This document shows, in pieces, positions 27,653-37,796 of a stretch of 64,000 nt of DNA. The position numbers were made by a program, and so were the translations under genes. The DNA comes from a virus (Duplodnaviria; Caudoviricetes): positions 1-64,000 of IMG/VR virus record IMGVR_UViG_3300028805_000078, one strand, 5' to 3'. The stretch's first letter is position 1. Every line of letters begins with the position of its first letter. The notes under the pieces were generated by a model. That model saw nothing but the letters and a program-made list of their open reading frames with translations, did no database searches and was not told the DNA's origin.

Positions 27653-29272
27653 ATGGGTTTACTTGATGTGTTCCGAAGAAGGCGCAGAGATCCTGAAGAA
27701 ACGAAGCCTTCAACAGAGCTCGCAAACGAAAACAAGAAAACAATAGCTGTAGGTGCGAAACAAGGTTCAGAAGAAGAACATATTCAAACGTTCAACAATT
27801 CTTCTATTACTTTTTCAAGCGGACTCAGCGGCTATGATTTCGATTCTATACTCAGAGACAAACAAAAGAATATTGTGACATTGTACGAGCTTGCAGATTA
27901 TTACTGCGATGCGGATGCACTTGTCCACGGTATTCTTCACCACATATATAAGCCGTATACTTTATCGAGCGGCTGGGTTCTTAGCGGAGCAAACGAAAAG
28001 ACGTATAAGATATACGAGGACTATTATCAAAAGATTCATCTTCGTGAAAAGCTTGAGAGCATCGTTCTCGAGTATTGGAAATACGGGAACGTATTTGTCT
28101 ACGTGATGAACGGCGTTCCGATTACGTTGCCTGTTCACAAATGTAAGATTGGCAACGTTGCGTTAAACGGCGAACCTATTGTTGACTTTGATTGTCAGTC
28201 AATTTATACGGAATGGAGAGCGAAGAGTTATTCCGTAAAAGAAAACTGGATTAAAGATAACAACCTTGAAGTGTATTTCAAAGGATATCCTCCGGAAGTA
28301 CAAAAGGCTCTTAATGCAGGCGCGCAATATGCTCAGCTGAATCCGAAGTATTGTAAAGTACTGCAGGGGCCTAAAGAGGGCTGGCAGAGGTATTGCATAC
28401 CCTTTATAGCTTCTTGCCTCTATGCCCTATCCCGTAAAGAGCTTATATCAAAATACGAAAGCTCTGTTCTTAATCTCGGCATTCGCTCATTTGTTCATGT
28501 CGCATACGGAGACGCGAAACAGGATATGCTGCCCGATGTCAATCAGCTCATAGAAGTACGTAAGCTGTTTTCGAAGGCGATGGGCGGGTTCCCTCTTGTC
28601 GTTACAAATCATCTCGCAAAAGCTGAAGTAATTCAGCCAAAGATAGATGATCTGTTTCAGTGGGATAAGTACCGTGATGTAAATAACGATATTCTTTCTG
28701 CCGGCGGTGTAAGCGGAATGCTTGTAACCGGCGTAAGTGAAGACGGAAGTACGTTTGCTTCCGCACAGGTTTCTATGGAAACAGTTGCTGCTCGTATTGA
28801 AGCGGCGCGTGATGAAATCTGCGAACTCATGTATAAGATCAATGAGTGTATTCAGGAATCACTGGCAGAGAACCATGTTTACAATGTGAGCACAGTTCCT
28901 ACGTTTGCATTTAAGCCTCTTGACATGAGCGGCCGCAAAGCCCTTCGCGAAGCATGCCAGACACTTTGGGAAAAGGGTCTTGTGTCTACGAAGACTCTTA
29001 TGGAGTCTAACGGATACTCTCTCGATAGAGAGAAGACGCAGCGCGAGAAGGAATCTTCTGACGGAACGGATGAAGTGATGGTTCCGCGTGAAGAACAGCG
29101 TTCGGCCTATAACGAGTCTAACGAACAAAACAATACAACGATAAAAGAGACTCGAGGAAGAAACACTCTTAAAGATGATGAAAGATCTTCAGATCCGGAG
29201 AATGCGAGACGTAGTGCACAACCGAAACCTTCGAACCCCGAAGGTAGCGAAGGCAATGATAGTATAACGTAA
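27653..29272 (+). CDS. portal protein
   Basis: Follows TerL; 539 aa; YWKYGNVFVY-type segment; charged C-terminal tail. Confidence 0.8.
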   Translation: MGLLDVFRRRRRDPEETKPSTELANENKKTIAVGAKQGSEEEHIQTFNNSSITFSSGLSGYDFDSILRDKQKNIVTLYELADYYCDADALVHGILHHIYKPYTLSSGWVLSGANEKTYKIYEDYYQKIHLREKLESIVLEYWKYGNVFVYVMNGVPITLPVHKCKIGNVALNGEPIVDFDCQSIYTEWRAKSYSVKENWIKDNNLEVYFKGYPPEVQKALNAGAQYAQLNPKYCKVLQGPKEGWQRYCIPFIASCLYALSRKELISKYESSVLNLGIRSFVHVAYGDAKQDMLPDVNQLIEVRKLFSKAMGGFPLVVTNHLAKAEVIQPKIDDLFQWDKYRDVNNDILSAGGVSGMLVTGVSEDGSTFASAQVSMETVAARIEAARDEICELMYKINECIQESLAENHVYNVSTVPTFAFKPLDMSGRKALREACQTLWEKGLVSTKTLMESNGYSLDREKTQREKESSDGTDEVMVPREEQRSAYNESNEQNNTTIKETRGRNTLKDDERSSDPENARRSAQPKPSNPEGSEGNDSIT

Positions 29273-29717
29273 CCGATGAAACAACATAACTGATGAAACC
29301 AATGCCGCAGACGATCGGTGGAGGTGGAGGTTTTATAGCGGTTATCGCTAATCCGTGATCGTCTTGGAAAATGATAAAAAGCGAAACAAAGAAAATGAGG
29401 CCCTTGGAAGTTTACGGACTGACCATGAAAGACGGCATTTTAGGATGTGTGATAAGTAAGGACGTGTCCTGAAAATCTTTACTGCGAAAGGCATAATACT
29501 GTACTTTCACGCTTTGTTGCCACATTAAAGAAAGCGAGAAAGTAAAGGGAGCAGCCTCCATTGTTGGCTCGGGGTGTGCCAAGTTATATTGCGTTCGCGA
29601 ATTGCGCAGGAGTCAACTATCTACGGAGAAACAAAATCGCTTATACAAGCAGGACATATGGATCTGCAAGTCAAGGAAAAGACGATAATACCTCGCGCGG
29701 CTTTATGCCGCGTATGT

Positions 29718-29790
29718 GCTTCTATAGCTCAATAGGTAGAGCAGGTCACTTGTAATGATCAGGTTGTAGGTTCAATTCCTACTGGAAGCT
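29718..29790 (+). tRNA. trnT: tRNA-Thr(TGT)
   Basis: GCTTCTA/TGGAAGC acceptor stem, GCTC..GG..GAGC D arm, anticodon loop CT-TGT-AA, T arm GTAGG-TTCAATT-CCTAC; no encoded CCA. Confidence 0.92.
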
Positions 29791-30239
29791 CGAAATAGAT
29801 CTCCATAAAGATGGTGAAGCAAGATGGTGAAGCGATGACACCCTAAAAACACTCGTGGAGCACTCTACACGTTAAACGGATGCTTTATGATACCCTGAGA
29901 AGTTATAGCCGGGATGATTACGGTGAAAGCGGAGGGATATAACGGTTCTCGATTTACCAGAGGTCATCTTAGCCCACAGATAAAGAGCTCTTGTTTGGCG
30001 GCGAAAGAAAATCGAATAGTCGGAATGGAGACTTTAAACCCATTTCCATTAGTCGGGGCGGAGACTTTAAATACCGTACACGTTTCGGGCTGATCGAAAG
30101 ATCCGGGTCCACCTTTCGGCGGGGAAATCCCCCGCCACTTTTGATATCTCGCGCTCAATGCGCTTGATATAAATATATCTGCTAAGCTTTGGATATGTCT
30201 CCTACCGTAGACAAAGCGAATGCAAGTTAGGAGTGCAAC

Positions 30240-31412
30240 ATGCCTGACATTGTTAGAACGATGTGCGTTGCATCTGCCTCCGAGTTAATACAGCAAAGTG
30301 ATTTGTATATGACGGTCAAAGCCGTGCTGTTTACTACGCCTTCTCCGAACTTGAACGGCGTCAGATGCACTGAGGCTTTTATTGACGAGATCGTTGCAAA
30401 TCAGGACGCTTACGTTGGTCTCCCTCTCAATGCAGATATAAGAAGTTTAGAGAGCGGCCAATATAACAAGCTCGGTCATATGTTCGATCAGACGACCGGG
30501 ACTTTTGCTACCGTTATGATCGGATCCTTTTACAGATTTGAAAAGACGGCCTTGCCTAATGGTGATACTGCTCTGATTGGATATGCAAGGATTATGAAGC
30601 GAAATCAAGCTGTGTGCAGTGCGGTTGGCGAATTGTTCGCAAGCGGCAATCTTAAATTCAGTTTTGAAATTTCGTGCGGTGAATACAAAACACTTGAAGA
30701 TGGCACGATGCTGATCGATGCTTCTAAAGACAACTATCTCGAGGGCATGTGTATTGTTTGGTCTCCTGCATGCCCTGAGGCTGTGGCAAAAGAACTTGTT
30801 GCCGAATTGACAAATGACGGAAAGGAGGCAGAGGAAATGTCTGACACATCTGCCGAAGCGACTGTTGAAGTAACTGCCGAAGTAGTTGAAACAGTCGCCG
30901 AAAACATTGAGGCTGAAAAGCCTGAAGAAAATACCGAGGTTATTGCTGAAGAATCTGTTGAGGCTGTTGCCGAAAAGACTGAAGAGGTAGCCGAAGAAAC
31001 AAAGGAAGACGCGTCCAAAGCGGCGTGTGACGATAAGGAAGAAACTGCGGAAACCGAAGAAGCGCAGTGCAAAGAAGATAAGAAGTGCGCTGAGGAAGAA
31101 GCTGAAAAGACTCAGGAAGTTAAGGCTGAAAATGAAGCCGTAAACGCTGAGGACGAAAGCGGCGAGACAACTGAAACGAAAGACGTTGCCGCTGAAAATT
31201 TGCAGAGTATGATCGCTGAGCTCGTTAAGACTGTAGAGTCTCTCAAGACTGAGATCGCCGAGCTTAAGATTGTAAAGCAGGAAAAGCAGCAGGCAGAAAT
31301 TATTGCTGAAACAAATTGCTTTATGGACGATATATCTCTTTCCGAGAAGAAGTATTCGTTGCTTGAGCGCGAACCCGCGTCCAGTAGTTATACGCTGCTC
31401 GATGTTGAATAA
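30240..31412 (+). CDS. prohead protease/scaffold fusion
   Basis: N-terminal domain with NLNG, GH and FSFEI motifs, then an Ala/Glu-rich coil; lies between portal and capsid. Confidence 0.7.
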   Translation: MPDIVRTMCVASASELIQQSDLYMTVKAVLFTTPSPNLNGVRCTEAFIDEIVANQDAYVGLPLNADIRSLESGQYNKLGHMFDQTTGTFATVMIGSFYRFEKTALPNGDTALIGYARIMKRNQAVCSAVGELFASGNLKFSFEISCGEYKTLEDGTMLIDASKDNYLEGMCIVWSPACPEAVAKELVAELTNDGKEAEEMSDTSAEATVEVTAEVVETVAENIEAEKPEENTEVIAEESVEAVAEKTEEVAEETKEDASKAACDDKEETAETEEAQCKEDKKCAEEEAEKTQEVKAENEAVNAEDESGETTETKDVAAENLQSMIAELVKTVESLKTEIAELKIVKQEKQQAEIIAETNCFMDDISLSEKKYSLLEREPASSSYTLLDVE

Positions 31413-31431
31413 TTTTATGAGGTGAAACAAT

Positions 31432-31881
31432 ATGGCTGGTTATATGACCAAGATGGCCGGCTACAACTATGAGGGCGAGCTCGCCAACGGCGCTTCCGGC
31501 GCTGTTGCCAATGGCGTTGTTATGATCCTTGGTACTTCTACCAATAAGGGCAAGCTCGTGTTCCCTGGTTCTGCCGACACCACATCCAAGTTCCTGTGCA
31601 AGGAAGTTACCACAATTTATGATGGTCTCGAGGGCGGCACCGCTAAGTCCGCTTACAGGTTTATCGTTGATAAGCTCGCTGCTACCTATTATTTTGTAGA
31701 GCAGAACTTCCCTGTTGACGAAACTGCTGTTTACGACTATACGACACTGACAACTCCTACCGGCGCTCTGCTCAGGGCTCATCCTCTGCAGGTTGGCGAT
31801 GAGTTTGTTACAACTTGTGTCACCGGCACAATTGCTGCCGGTACTGAATACGGCGTCAAGACTGACGGCACGATTGGCTAA
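31432..31881 (+). CDS. putative capsid decoration protein
   Basis: 149 aa Gly/Ala/Thr-rich protein immediately before the capsid gene; biased codons. Confidence 0.6.
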   Translation: MAGYMTKMAGYNYEGELANGASGAVANGVVMILGTSTNKGKLVFPGSADTTSKFLCKEVTTIYDGLEGGTAKSAYRFIVDKLAATYYFVEQNFPVDETAVYDYTTLTTPTGALLRAHPLQVGDEFVTTCVTGTIAAGTEYGVKTDGTIG

Positions 31882-31898
31882 GAAAGGAGGACATAGAT

Positions 31899-32894
31899 AT
31901 GGCGAACATTAAAATCGAAAAAGATAGTAAGCTTATCAAGGTCCTTGCTTCTCAGGCCATGTATAAGCCCGTGGCGGACACAGACGCCCGCCAGATCGCT
32001 GAAATCAGCGCGGAACTCACAAAGGAAGTAACTTCTGAAAACATGAAGCAGATCGCTCAGGCTATCGGCTATTCTGTTCAGGAGCTGCAGAGTCATGATC
32101 TTGACTTCCTGTCTCAGGTTGCCGATATCAAGAATATTGGCTACAACGACAAGGCTCTGTTCAACGTAAAGACCGGTGGAATCAAGGCTTACATTCAGGC
32201 CAAGGGTTCCACTACTGCTCGCAGTTACGTGGCTGACCGTCAGGTGACTGTTGAAACAAAGGAAATCTCTGCTCGCCCCGCTATCAACATCGTTGATCTT
32301 CGTGCTGGCAGGATTAACTTTGCTGATCTGATTCGTGAAGCGAATCAGGCTATGACGAACAAGAAGCTCGTCATGATCGAGAGCGTTCTTCATGACGCGA
32401 TCGACAATTACTCTTCCCCGTTCTATGGCACCGGCACCGGTATCGTAAAGGCCACGCTGGATGCTCAGATCAACTACTTCCGCAGGCTCGGCCCCGTGAC
32501 GCTGCTTGGCGATCACGCTGCTGTGTCTCAGCTTGCTGCGCTCACTGGTTTCCAGTTCAGCTCTACTCAGAACCAGTTCAGCCCCAGCATTATCGACGAG
32601 TACAATAACAATGGTCGCATCGGCCGCTACAATGGTTGTGAAGTTGTCGAGATGCAGAATGGTTACGAGCCCGGCTCTACTTCGCCTATCCTGAATGCCA
32701 GCTGGATTTATATTATTCCCGGCGGACTCAGCGGCGATGCGCGCAACCTCAAGGTTGTCAATGAGGGTGGTCTCAATACCTTCGAGAGCCAGAACATCGA
32801 TGATCTCACGTACGAGCTCAGGCTTGATGAGTGGTTCGGTGCTGCGTTTATCAGCGGCAAGATCCCGACGATGGGTGCTTACCTGATCGGTTAA
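31899..32894 (+). CDS. major capsid protein
   Basis: 331 aa; position; highly biased codons; followed by a terminator. Confidence 0.8.
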   Translation: MANIKIEKDSKLIKVLASQAMYKPVADTDARQIAEISAELTKEVTSENMKQIAQAIGYSVQELQSHDLDFLSQVADIKNIGYNDKALFNVKTGGIKAYIQAKGSTTARSYVADRQVTVETKEISARPAINIVDLRAGRINFADLIREANQAMTNKKLVMIESVLHDAIDNYSSPFYGTGTGIVKATLDAQINYFRRLGPVTLLGDHAAVSQLAALTGFQFSSTQNQFSPSIIDEYNNNGRIGRYNGCEVVEMQNGYEPGSTSPILNASWIYIIPGGLSGDARNLKVVNEGGLNTFESQNIDDLTYELRLDEWFGAAFISGKIPTMGAYLIG

Positions 32895-32914
32895 GTTTAA
32901 CTGATTATCTTTCG

Positions 32915-32943
32915 GAGCAGGGGTTCATCCCCTGCTCTTGTTA
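32915..32943 (+). terminator. intrinsic terminator after the capsid gene
   Basis: GAGCAGGGG-TTCAT-CCCCTGCTC then TTGTT. Confidence 0.7.
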
Positions 32944-32967
32944 TATGTTTAAAGGAGAATAAGGTTA

Positions 32968-33447
32968 ATGGCAACGATGGAAAAAATAACAGGAGAAACA
33001 CGAGTAAGAGTATTTAACCGTGCTAAATATGATATCGGTGTAGTACTTGTAAACGGCGTGTCCTTTAACATCAAATCCGGATCGTTTCAGATTATGACGA
33101 TCAATGATGTTGTTTATATTGAGAGCGCGTTTCAGAATTCGAAGTTTTTTACACGGAAACTTCTTGTTGCGGTAGATGAAGAAGGTAACGATATTGATGT
33201 AACAAACCTTGGTTTTTTGTATGCTGAAGATGCGCACTTATCTGATATTGAAATTTCCGAGATGCTCAAGCAATCGGCTAAGAAAATTGAAGCATGGCTT
33301 GATACTATCACAGACGATGCTGAGCTTCACGCTATATATACAGTCGCAAAAGATATGGATCTTCCCTCTAGCAAGCTGAAAATTCTGAGTTCTAAAATCA
33401 AGAACAAAGATTGGCTTGGAGAAATTTACGGAGAAGAAGAGAAGTAA
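32968..33447 (+). CDS. hypothetical head-associated protein
   Basis: RBS; position in the structural operon. Confidence 0.65.
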   Translation: MATMEKITGETRVRVFNRAKYDIGVVLVNGVSFNIKSGSFQIMTINDVVYIESAFQNSKFFTRKLLVAVDEEGNDIDVTNLGFLYAEDAHLSDIEISEMLKQSAKKIEAWLDTITDDAELHAIYTVAKDMDLPSSKLKILSSKIKNKDWLGEIYGEEEK

Positions 33448-33460
33448 GGAGGCATAATGT

Positions 33461-33898
33461 ATGGCTGAAAGAGCTAATGTATCTGAATTGGCTAATGAAT
33501 TACATTCGTTAGTAGAGTATCAGCAGACGCCGAGAGTTATAACAGATGGCGAATATGAAGCGATGATTCTGCATGGCATAAAGCGGCTGTTGATAGATAC
33601 AGGCAGAGCAGCCGAATACAGTGCCTCAAAATTGATATACGATGACGGAATGCTTTATTACGATCAGGAGTTTACAATTGATGAGATCGAATACATTCTT
33701 CTCGTATCTCAGATAAGGTTCTTTGGAATCGTTCGCGCAAGCGTAAACGAAATGGTAAGTTATACCACAAATGCTTTGAGTGTCACACAGGGCGATAAGC
33801 CGTATGCGAATATTACCGGAACACTCAGAGAACTTGAAAATGAAAGGCGTATCGTGTACTACAAAATGGTTCCGTACACGATTTCAATGGAAGTATAA
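33461..33898 (+). CDS. putative head-tail adaptor
   Basis: Size, helical character and position. Confidence 0.5.
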   Translation: MAERANVSELANELHSLVEYQQTPRVITDGEYEAMILHGIKRLLIDTGRAAEYSASKLIYDDGMLYYDQEFTIDEIEYILLVSQIRFFGIVRASVNEMVSYTTNALSVTQGDKPYANITGTLRELENERRIVYYKMVPYTISMEV

Positions 33899-33911
33899 GG
33901 AAGGTCAGTAT

Positions 33912-34232
33912 ATGATTAACGATTATACAGTACTCGTTAAATACAAAAACAGAAAAATGCAGGAAGTTGGACAGAGCATATATCCTTTTAATGTATATAC
34001 GGATATGCTTAGTTCTGAACTCAAGAATTGTCTTGGAGATATTGAGAATATGCTTCACGAAGCTCTTGGGCAGGATGTAGATCTTAAATCAAATGAAAGC
34101 TTCATGAATGTTCGCAGGCATATACTTAATGCCGCGAATGGTGTCGCAAGATTGCCGGATTCTACATACTTCAAGGGAACACCGATCAAGGCAATTAATG
34201 CAAGTGATTTTGTTGCTAATCTAATTAATTAA
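33912..34232 (+). CDS. hypothetical protein (start MINDY)
   Basis: Internal ATG of ORF 33780-34232, preceded by AAGGAAGG. Confidence 0.6.
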   Translation: MINDYTVLVKYKNRKMQEVGQSIYPFNVYTDMLSSELKNCLGDIENMLHEALGQDVDLKSNESFMNVRRHILNAANGVARLPDSTYFKGTPIKAINASDFVANLIN

Positions 34233-34247
34233 ATAAGGAGGCCGCCA

Positions 34248-34949
34248 ATGGCAAAGTTTTTTGTGCCGCCTACGTTGGCGGCTGATTTTGATGCGTTTCT
34301 GAATACAGATGTACCAAATCAGGTTGGCAATTTCGAGTTGCTCGGAAATTGGTACGACCAATTTGCAGAAGGATATCAACCTAATGTGATTCGTGGAGAG
34401 ATATATCCTGACAGTACGAAATCGAGATACGAGAACACGGATAACTTAATGAACTTCAGAGCGAGTACAAGTTCTGGAATTAAAAAGGGTGATATGGTTA
34501 TTCAGGAAAACAGCGGCAAGATTTTTATATTGGACTGGGAAGTGTCTCTCGAAACAAACAACGCTCCGTCGCGCGCTCTGCGGTGCAACATGAATCTTAC
34601 AATTAAGAGACATATGCCGGAGATTACAGATGAAAGCGGTTATCTTGTAGAAGAGGCGGGCGAAAGAACGCTTGTTGATAGTTTACCTTGCAACGCTTAT
34701 CGATACGATGGCCGCCCTGAATTTTCGTCCATTGTAGGTACAGCCGGTATTTCTGCGAATGCTCTGACGATCGTCACTTGCCAATATAATAAACAAACTG
34801 ACGATATAAGAATCGATGACAGATTTGTGTGGGGCTATGAAACTTACACCATTGTTGACATAGACTTATTTGGTTTGTCTATCGACGGGAAAACAGGTAC
34901 GCTTAGGCTTCTTGCGAAGAAGGAAGCTGGCGGTGAGGTGGCTCCATGA
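34248..34949 (+). CDS. putative head-closure/neck protein
   Basis: Two beta-barrel-like halves (IKKGD; IRIDDRF..ETYTIVDID); position. Confidence 0.5.
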   Translation: MAKFFVPPTLAADFDAFLNTDVPNQVGNFELLGNWYDQFAEGYQPNVIRGEIYPDSTKSRYENTDNLMNFRASTSSGIKKGDMVIQENSGKIFILDWEVSLETNNAPSRALRCNMNLTIKRHMPEITDESGYLVEEAGERTLVDSLPCNAYRYDGRPEFSSIVGTAGISANALTIVTCQYNKQTDDIRIDDRFVWGYETYTIVDIDLFGLSIDGKTGTLRLLAKKEAGGEVAP

Positions 34950-35332
34950 GTGTCGGCGTAGATATTAAAACCTCGCTTGAAAATGTCAAAGATCAGATAT
35001 ATGAACGAGCGCGAGAAATTGGAAAAATTAAAGCTCAGTCTATTTGTAATAAAATCAATTACGAATTATCTATTACACAAATGGAATATCATTGGAACGA
35101 TCAGCTCGCAGATTCAGATTTAATTCAACTTTACGATCCTGATCATGCTCAATTGAGGATAAGCCATTTGTGTTTACAGATTGCAGATATATTTCATGCC
35201 GAGCTTCAACCAGGTGATGATGATTTAAGCTGGAAAGTTGTGATCACAAGTAACGACGGTAGAGAAATAACAACTGAGATGTCTAAATCTCTGACAATGT
35301 CTATTAATAATGCTCTAAAGGTCGGTGAATAA
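34946..35332 (+). CDS. hypothetical neck/tail completion protein
   Basis: Overlapping ORF in the structural operon. Confidence 0.5.
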   Translation: MSVGVDIKTSLENVKDQIYERAREIGKIKAQSICNKINYELSITQMEYHWNDQLADSDLIQLYDPDHAQLRISHLCLQIADIFHAELQPGDDDLSWKVVITSNDGREITTEMSKSLTMSINNALKVGE

Positions 35333-35807
35333 AATGAGTGTCAATGTATGGACAAAAGCATGGAATGATATTATTCGATTCGTATTGTTCCGAGATGACG
35401 AACTTAAAACACTCATGTTGCTTCCCGCGAATACAAGCATTATTGATTTCATAGATAACTATTTTATTCGCGGTGGTTCGGCAAACAAGGTTCTTAGCAA
35501 CCAATCTGTCAGAATTGTATATGGACACGTTAAACCAGATGAATTGAATAACACGCCATATATAACTGATAATACTTTAAGTTTTGACATCTATGTAAAA
35601 CAGGATCAATTACATAATGTGTCTGATGATCGTCTTGAATACAGAACAGTGGCGATCGCAGACCGCATTAAGTATTTGTTAACTAAAGAACGATATGTTA
35701 ACGACGGACTCTATCGTTTTAGGGTTGTATCTGAAAGTGATATGGCTACGGGAACGATCGGGTACGCGAGATATAATATATCGTTTAAATATCTTAAAGT
35801 TGTTTAG
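35325..35807 (+). CDS. putative tail terminator protein
   Basis: LSFDIYVK motif; directly precedes the major tail gene. Confidence 0.5.
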   Translation: MNKMSVNVWTKAWNDIIRFVLFRDDELKTLMLLPANTSIIDFIDNYFIRGGSANKVLSNQSVRIVYGHVKPDELNNTPYITDNTLSFDIYVKQDQLHNVSDDRLEYRTVAIADRIKYLLTKERYVNDGLYRFRVVSESDMATGTIGYARYNISFKYLKVV

Positions 35808-35811
35808 TTGA

Positions 35812-35841
35812 ATGTAATCATTCACTAATGAGCTATAAGGG
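35812..35841 (+). promoter_or_regulatory. putative phage RNAP promoter (30-bp motif) upstream of the major tail gene
   Basis: ATGTAATCATTCACTAATGAGCTATAAGGG. Confidence 0.75.
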
Positions 35842-36014
35842 AAAGAAACAATATGCATATGCATATGTTGCTTCGAGGTTGTATTGACTTTAGCAGTAAA
35901 AGTTATAGTTAGCAGAAGCAATCAAGGTTTAATAAGGCTAAAGACGGTATCTGCGTCTTGTTTGTAGGAGGGCAACGACGTTGATATAAATATAGTTTCT
36001 AAGAGGTAGATATT

Positions 36015-36183
36015 ATGGCCTATATCTCTAAATTTCAGGGTTACGTAGCGGACGTTCCTGAGTTTTGGTTTACTCGTATCGACGGACGTGTATTCCATTA
36101 CAATCAGTTGACATCTGCAAGTGTAACGCCCCAGGTAAATTTCCAGGAAGTTAACGCTGGCTGGGGTCTGTATCCGGTTGCGT
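36015..36183 (+). CDS. major tail protein, exon 1
   Basis: AAGAGG RBS then MAYISKFQGYVADVPEFWF...GWGLYPVA; not in the ORF track. Confidence 0.8.
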
Positions 36184-37053
36184 AAACAAAAGATGCGCAA
36201 GTAAAAACTCTTTCTAAACGGGGAAAATCTCATTGAGACAACCTACCGTGCTAAATTAAAATTCAAACAAAAAGGATATAAAACATGGAAATTCACAACG
36301 GCAAATACACAATTTATTATCATCAAAACAAAATAAATAATAAAATGTATGTCGGCATCACAAAGCGTAAACCTTATATTCGGTGGGGTAATAATGGCAT
36401 TGGATATAAACATTGCACATATTTCTATAATGCAATTCAAAAATATGGATGGGATAATTTTGAGCATGTGATTTTTGCTTCTAATCTCACAAAAGAGGAA
36501 GCTTGTCATATGGAATCAATTTTAATAAATAAATTCCAAACAAACGACAAAATTTATGGTTATAATGTTTGCGAAGGTGGTGGCCTACCGCCCGTCCAAT
36601 ATGGAGAAAGAAATTACTTTTTTAACAATCATCAATATAGTGGAGAGAATCATCCAATGTATGGGAAACATCACACGGATGCAACCAGAAAAAAGATGTC
36701 AGAACATCATTATGATTCCTCTGGCTGCAACAATCCGATGTCAAAACGAGTTGTGTGTGTAGAAACTGGAGTTATATATCCAAGCGCTATTGATGCTCAA
36801 AAATCAACTGGTATTCCAAGGAATAATATAACTGCAGCTTGTCGTAAAGATAGGCAAGTTAGCGCAGGCGGATTTCATTGGAATTTTGTTTGAATTTTAT
36901 AAAAGCCTAACGACTATACCGTAAGGTAGTAGCTCTAAGTAGAGCGAAAAGAAAGAGACTGCTTATTGCAGGTGATATAGTCTGATCTATATGGCGACAT
37001 ATAGCTGTCTTTTTAAGACGGGCACGGATTAACGAACCGTGTTGAACAAAACG
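36184..37053 (+). mobile_element. group I intron (870 nt) in the major tail protein gene
   Basis: IGS AAGATGCGCAA pairs with the joined exons TTGCGT|ATCTT with U.G at the splice site. R-like CGACTATA and S-like GATATAGTCTG elements; terminal G at 37053. Splicing gives YPVAY-LPAASSLEMQL in frame (273 aa). Confidence 0.88.
36285..36893 (+). CDS. intron-encoded GIY-YIG homing endonuclease
   Basis: TIY...KMYVGIT..R, GYN, NUMOD3-like NHPMYGKHHT..TRKKMSE and a C-terminal NUMOD1/IENR1-like HTH. Confidence 0.88.
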   Translation: MEIHNGKYTIYYHQNKINNKMYVGITKRKPYIRWGNNGIGYKHCTYFYNAIQKYGWDNFEHVIFASNLTKEEACHMESILINKFQTNDKIYGYNVCEGGGLPPVQYGERNYFFNNHQYSGENHPMYGKHHTDATRKKMSEHHYDSSGCNNPMSKRVVCVETGVIYPSAIDAQKSTGIPRNNITAACRKDRQVSAGGFHWNFV

Positions 37054-37706
37054 ATCTTCCCGCTGCTTCTTCTCTTGAAATGCAGCTTACTTCCGGTCAG
37101 TTTGACTCTTCCCTCTTCGCTCTTGCCAACGGTGCGGACTTCACCAGCGATGCTAGCTTCAAGTTCCCCGTAACCAAGATTTGTGAAGTTCAGAGCGATA
37201 AGATCACTCTGCCGACGACAAGCAATATCGATGCCGGCGATGTTAAGATCAATGGCATGGATCGTGTCACAACTGCTCCCGCTGCCAGCGGAAAGTATCA
37301 GGTTGTATCTACTGCCGGTACCGGTGGTGTGTATACGACTGATATCAATTTCTATGATGGTGATTTTGCTGATGGTGCCAGCGTCGAAGTTACATATATG
37401 GAAGCCAAGAGCAACGCTCTGTCGCTCGATGTGACAAACGATAAGGCTGCCGTTGGCGAAGCGCTTCTCGTATGGCCTGTCTACAACGGTGGCGAATCTA
37501 CCGATGCTGGTACAGGCACATTCTCTTCCAACGATACGAAGGGTTATATTGTCATGGATGTGTATCGCTGCAGAATTACCCAGGTCCCCGGTTTCGATAC
37601 CAGCTACAAGAGCCCCGCGACAAACGCAATTACTCTTGCGACTATGGATCCCGCGAACAGCGGTCATGACAGTGCGTACAAGATGACTTACGTACCCAAC
37701 GTTTAA
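37054..37706 (+). CDS. major tail protein, exon 2
   Basis: In frame with ORF 37080-37706; Thr/Ala/Gly-rich; biased codons; followed by a terminator and the chaperone genes. Confidence 0.8.
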
Positions 37707-37739
37707 TTAAGGTTTACAGCGATAGCTGATTAAGGACAT

Positions 37740-37770
37740 AGGCTGCCGCTAAATGTGGCAGCCTTTTTTT
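37740..37770 (+). terminator. intrinsic terminator after the major tail gene
   Basis: AGGCTGCCGC-TAAAT-GTGGCAGCC then a T run. Confidence 0.8.
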
Positions 37771-37796
37771 ATTAAGGCATTGAAAGGAATAATTAT

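Noticed and set aside
29280-29390. Hammerhead ribozyme (CTGATGA ... CGAAAC)
   Set aside because: The core words are present but I could not build the three required stems.
29995-30140. tmRNA
   Set aside because: The 5' end vaguely resembles tmRNA, but there is no canonical T arm/CCA end, the element is too short and no tag reading frame was found.
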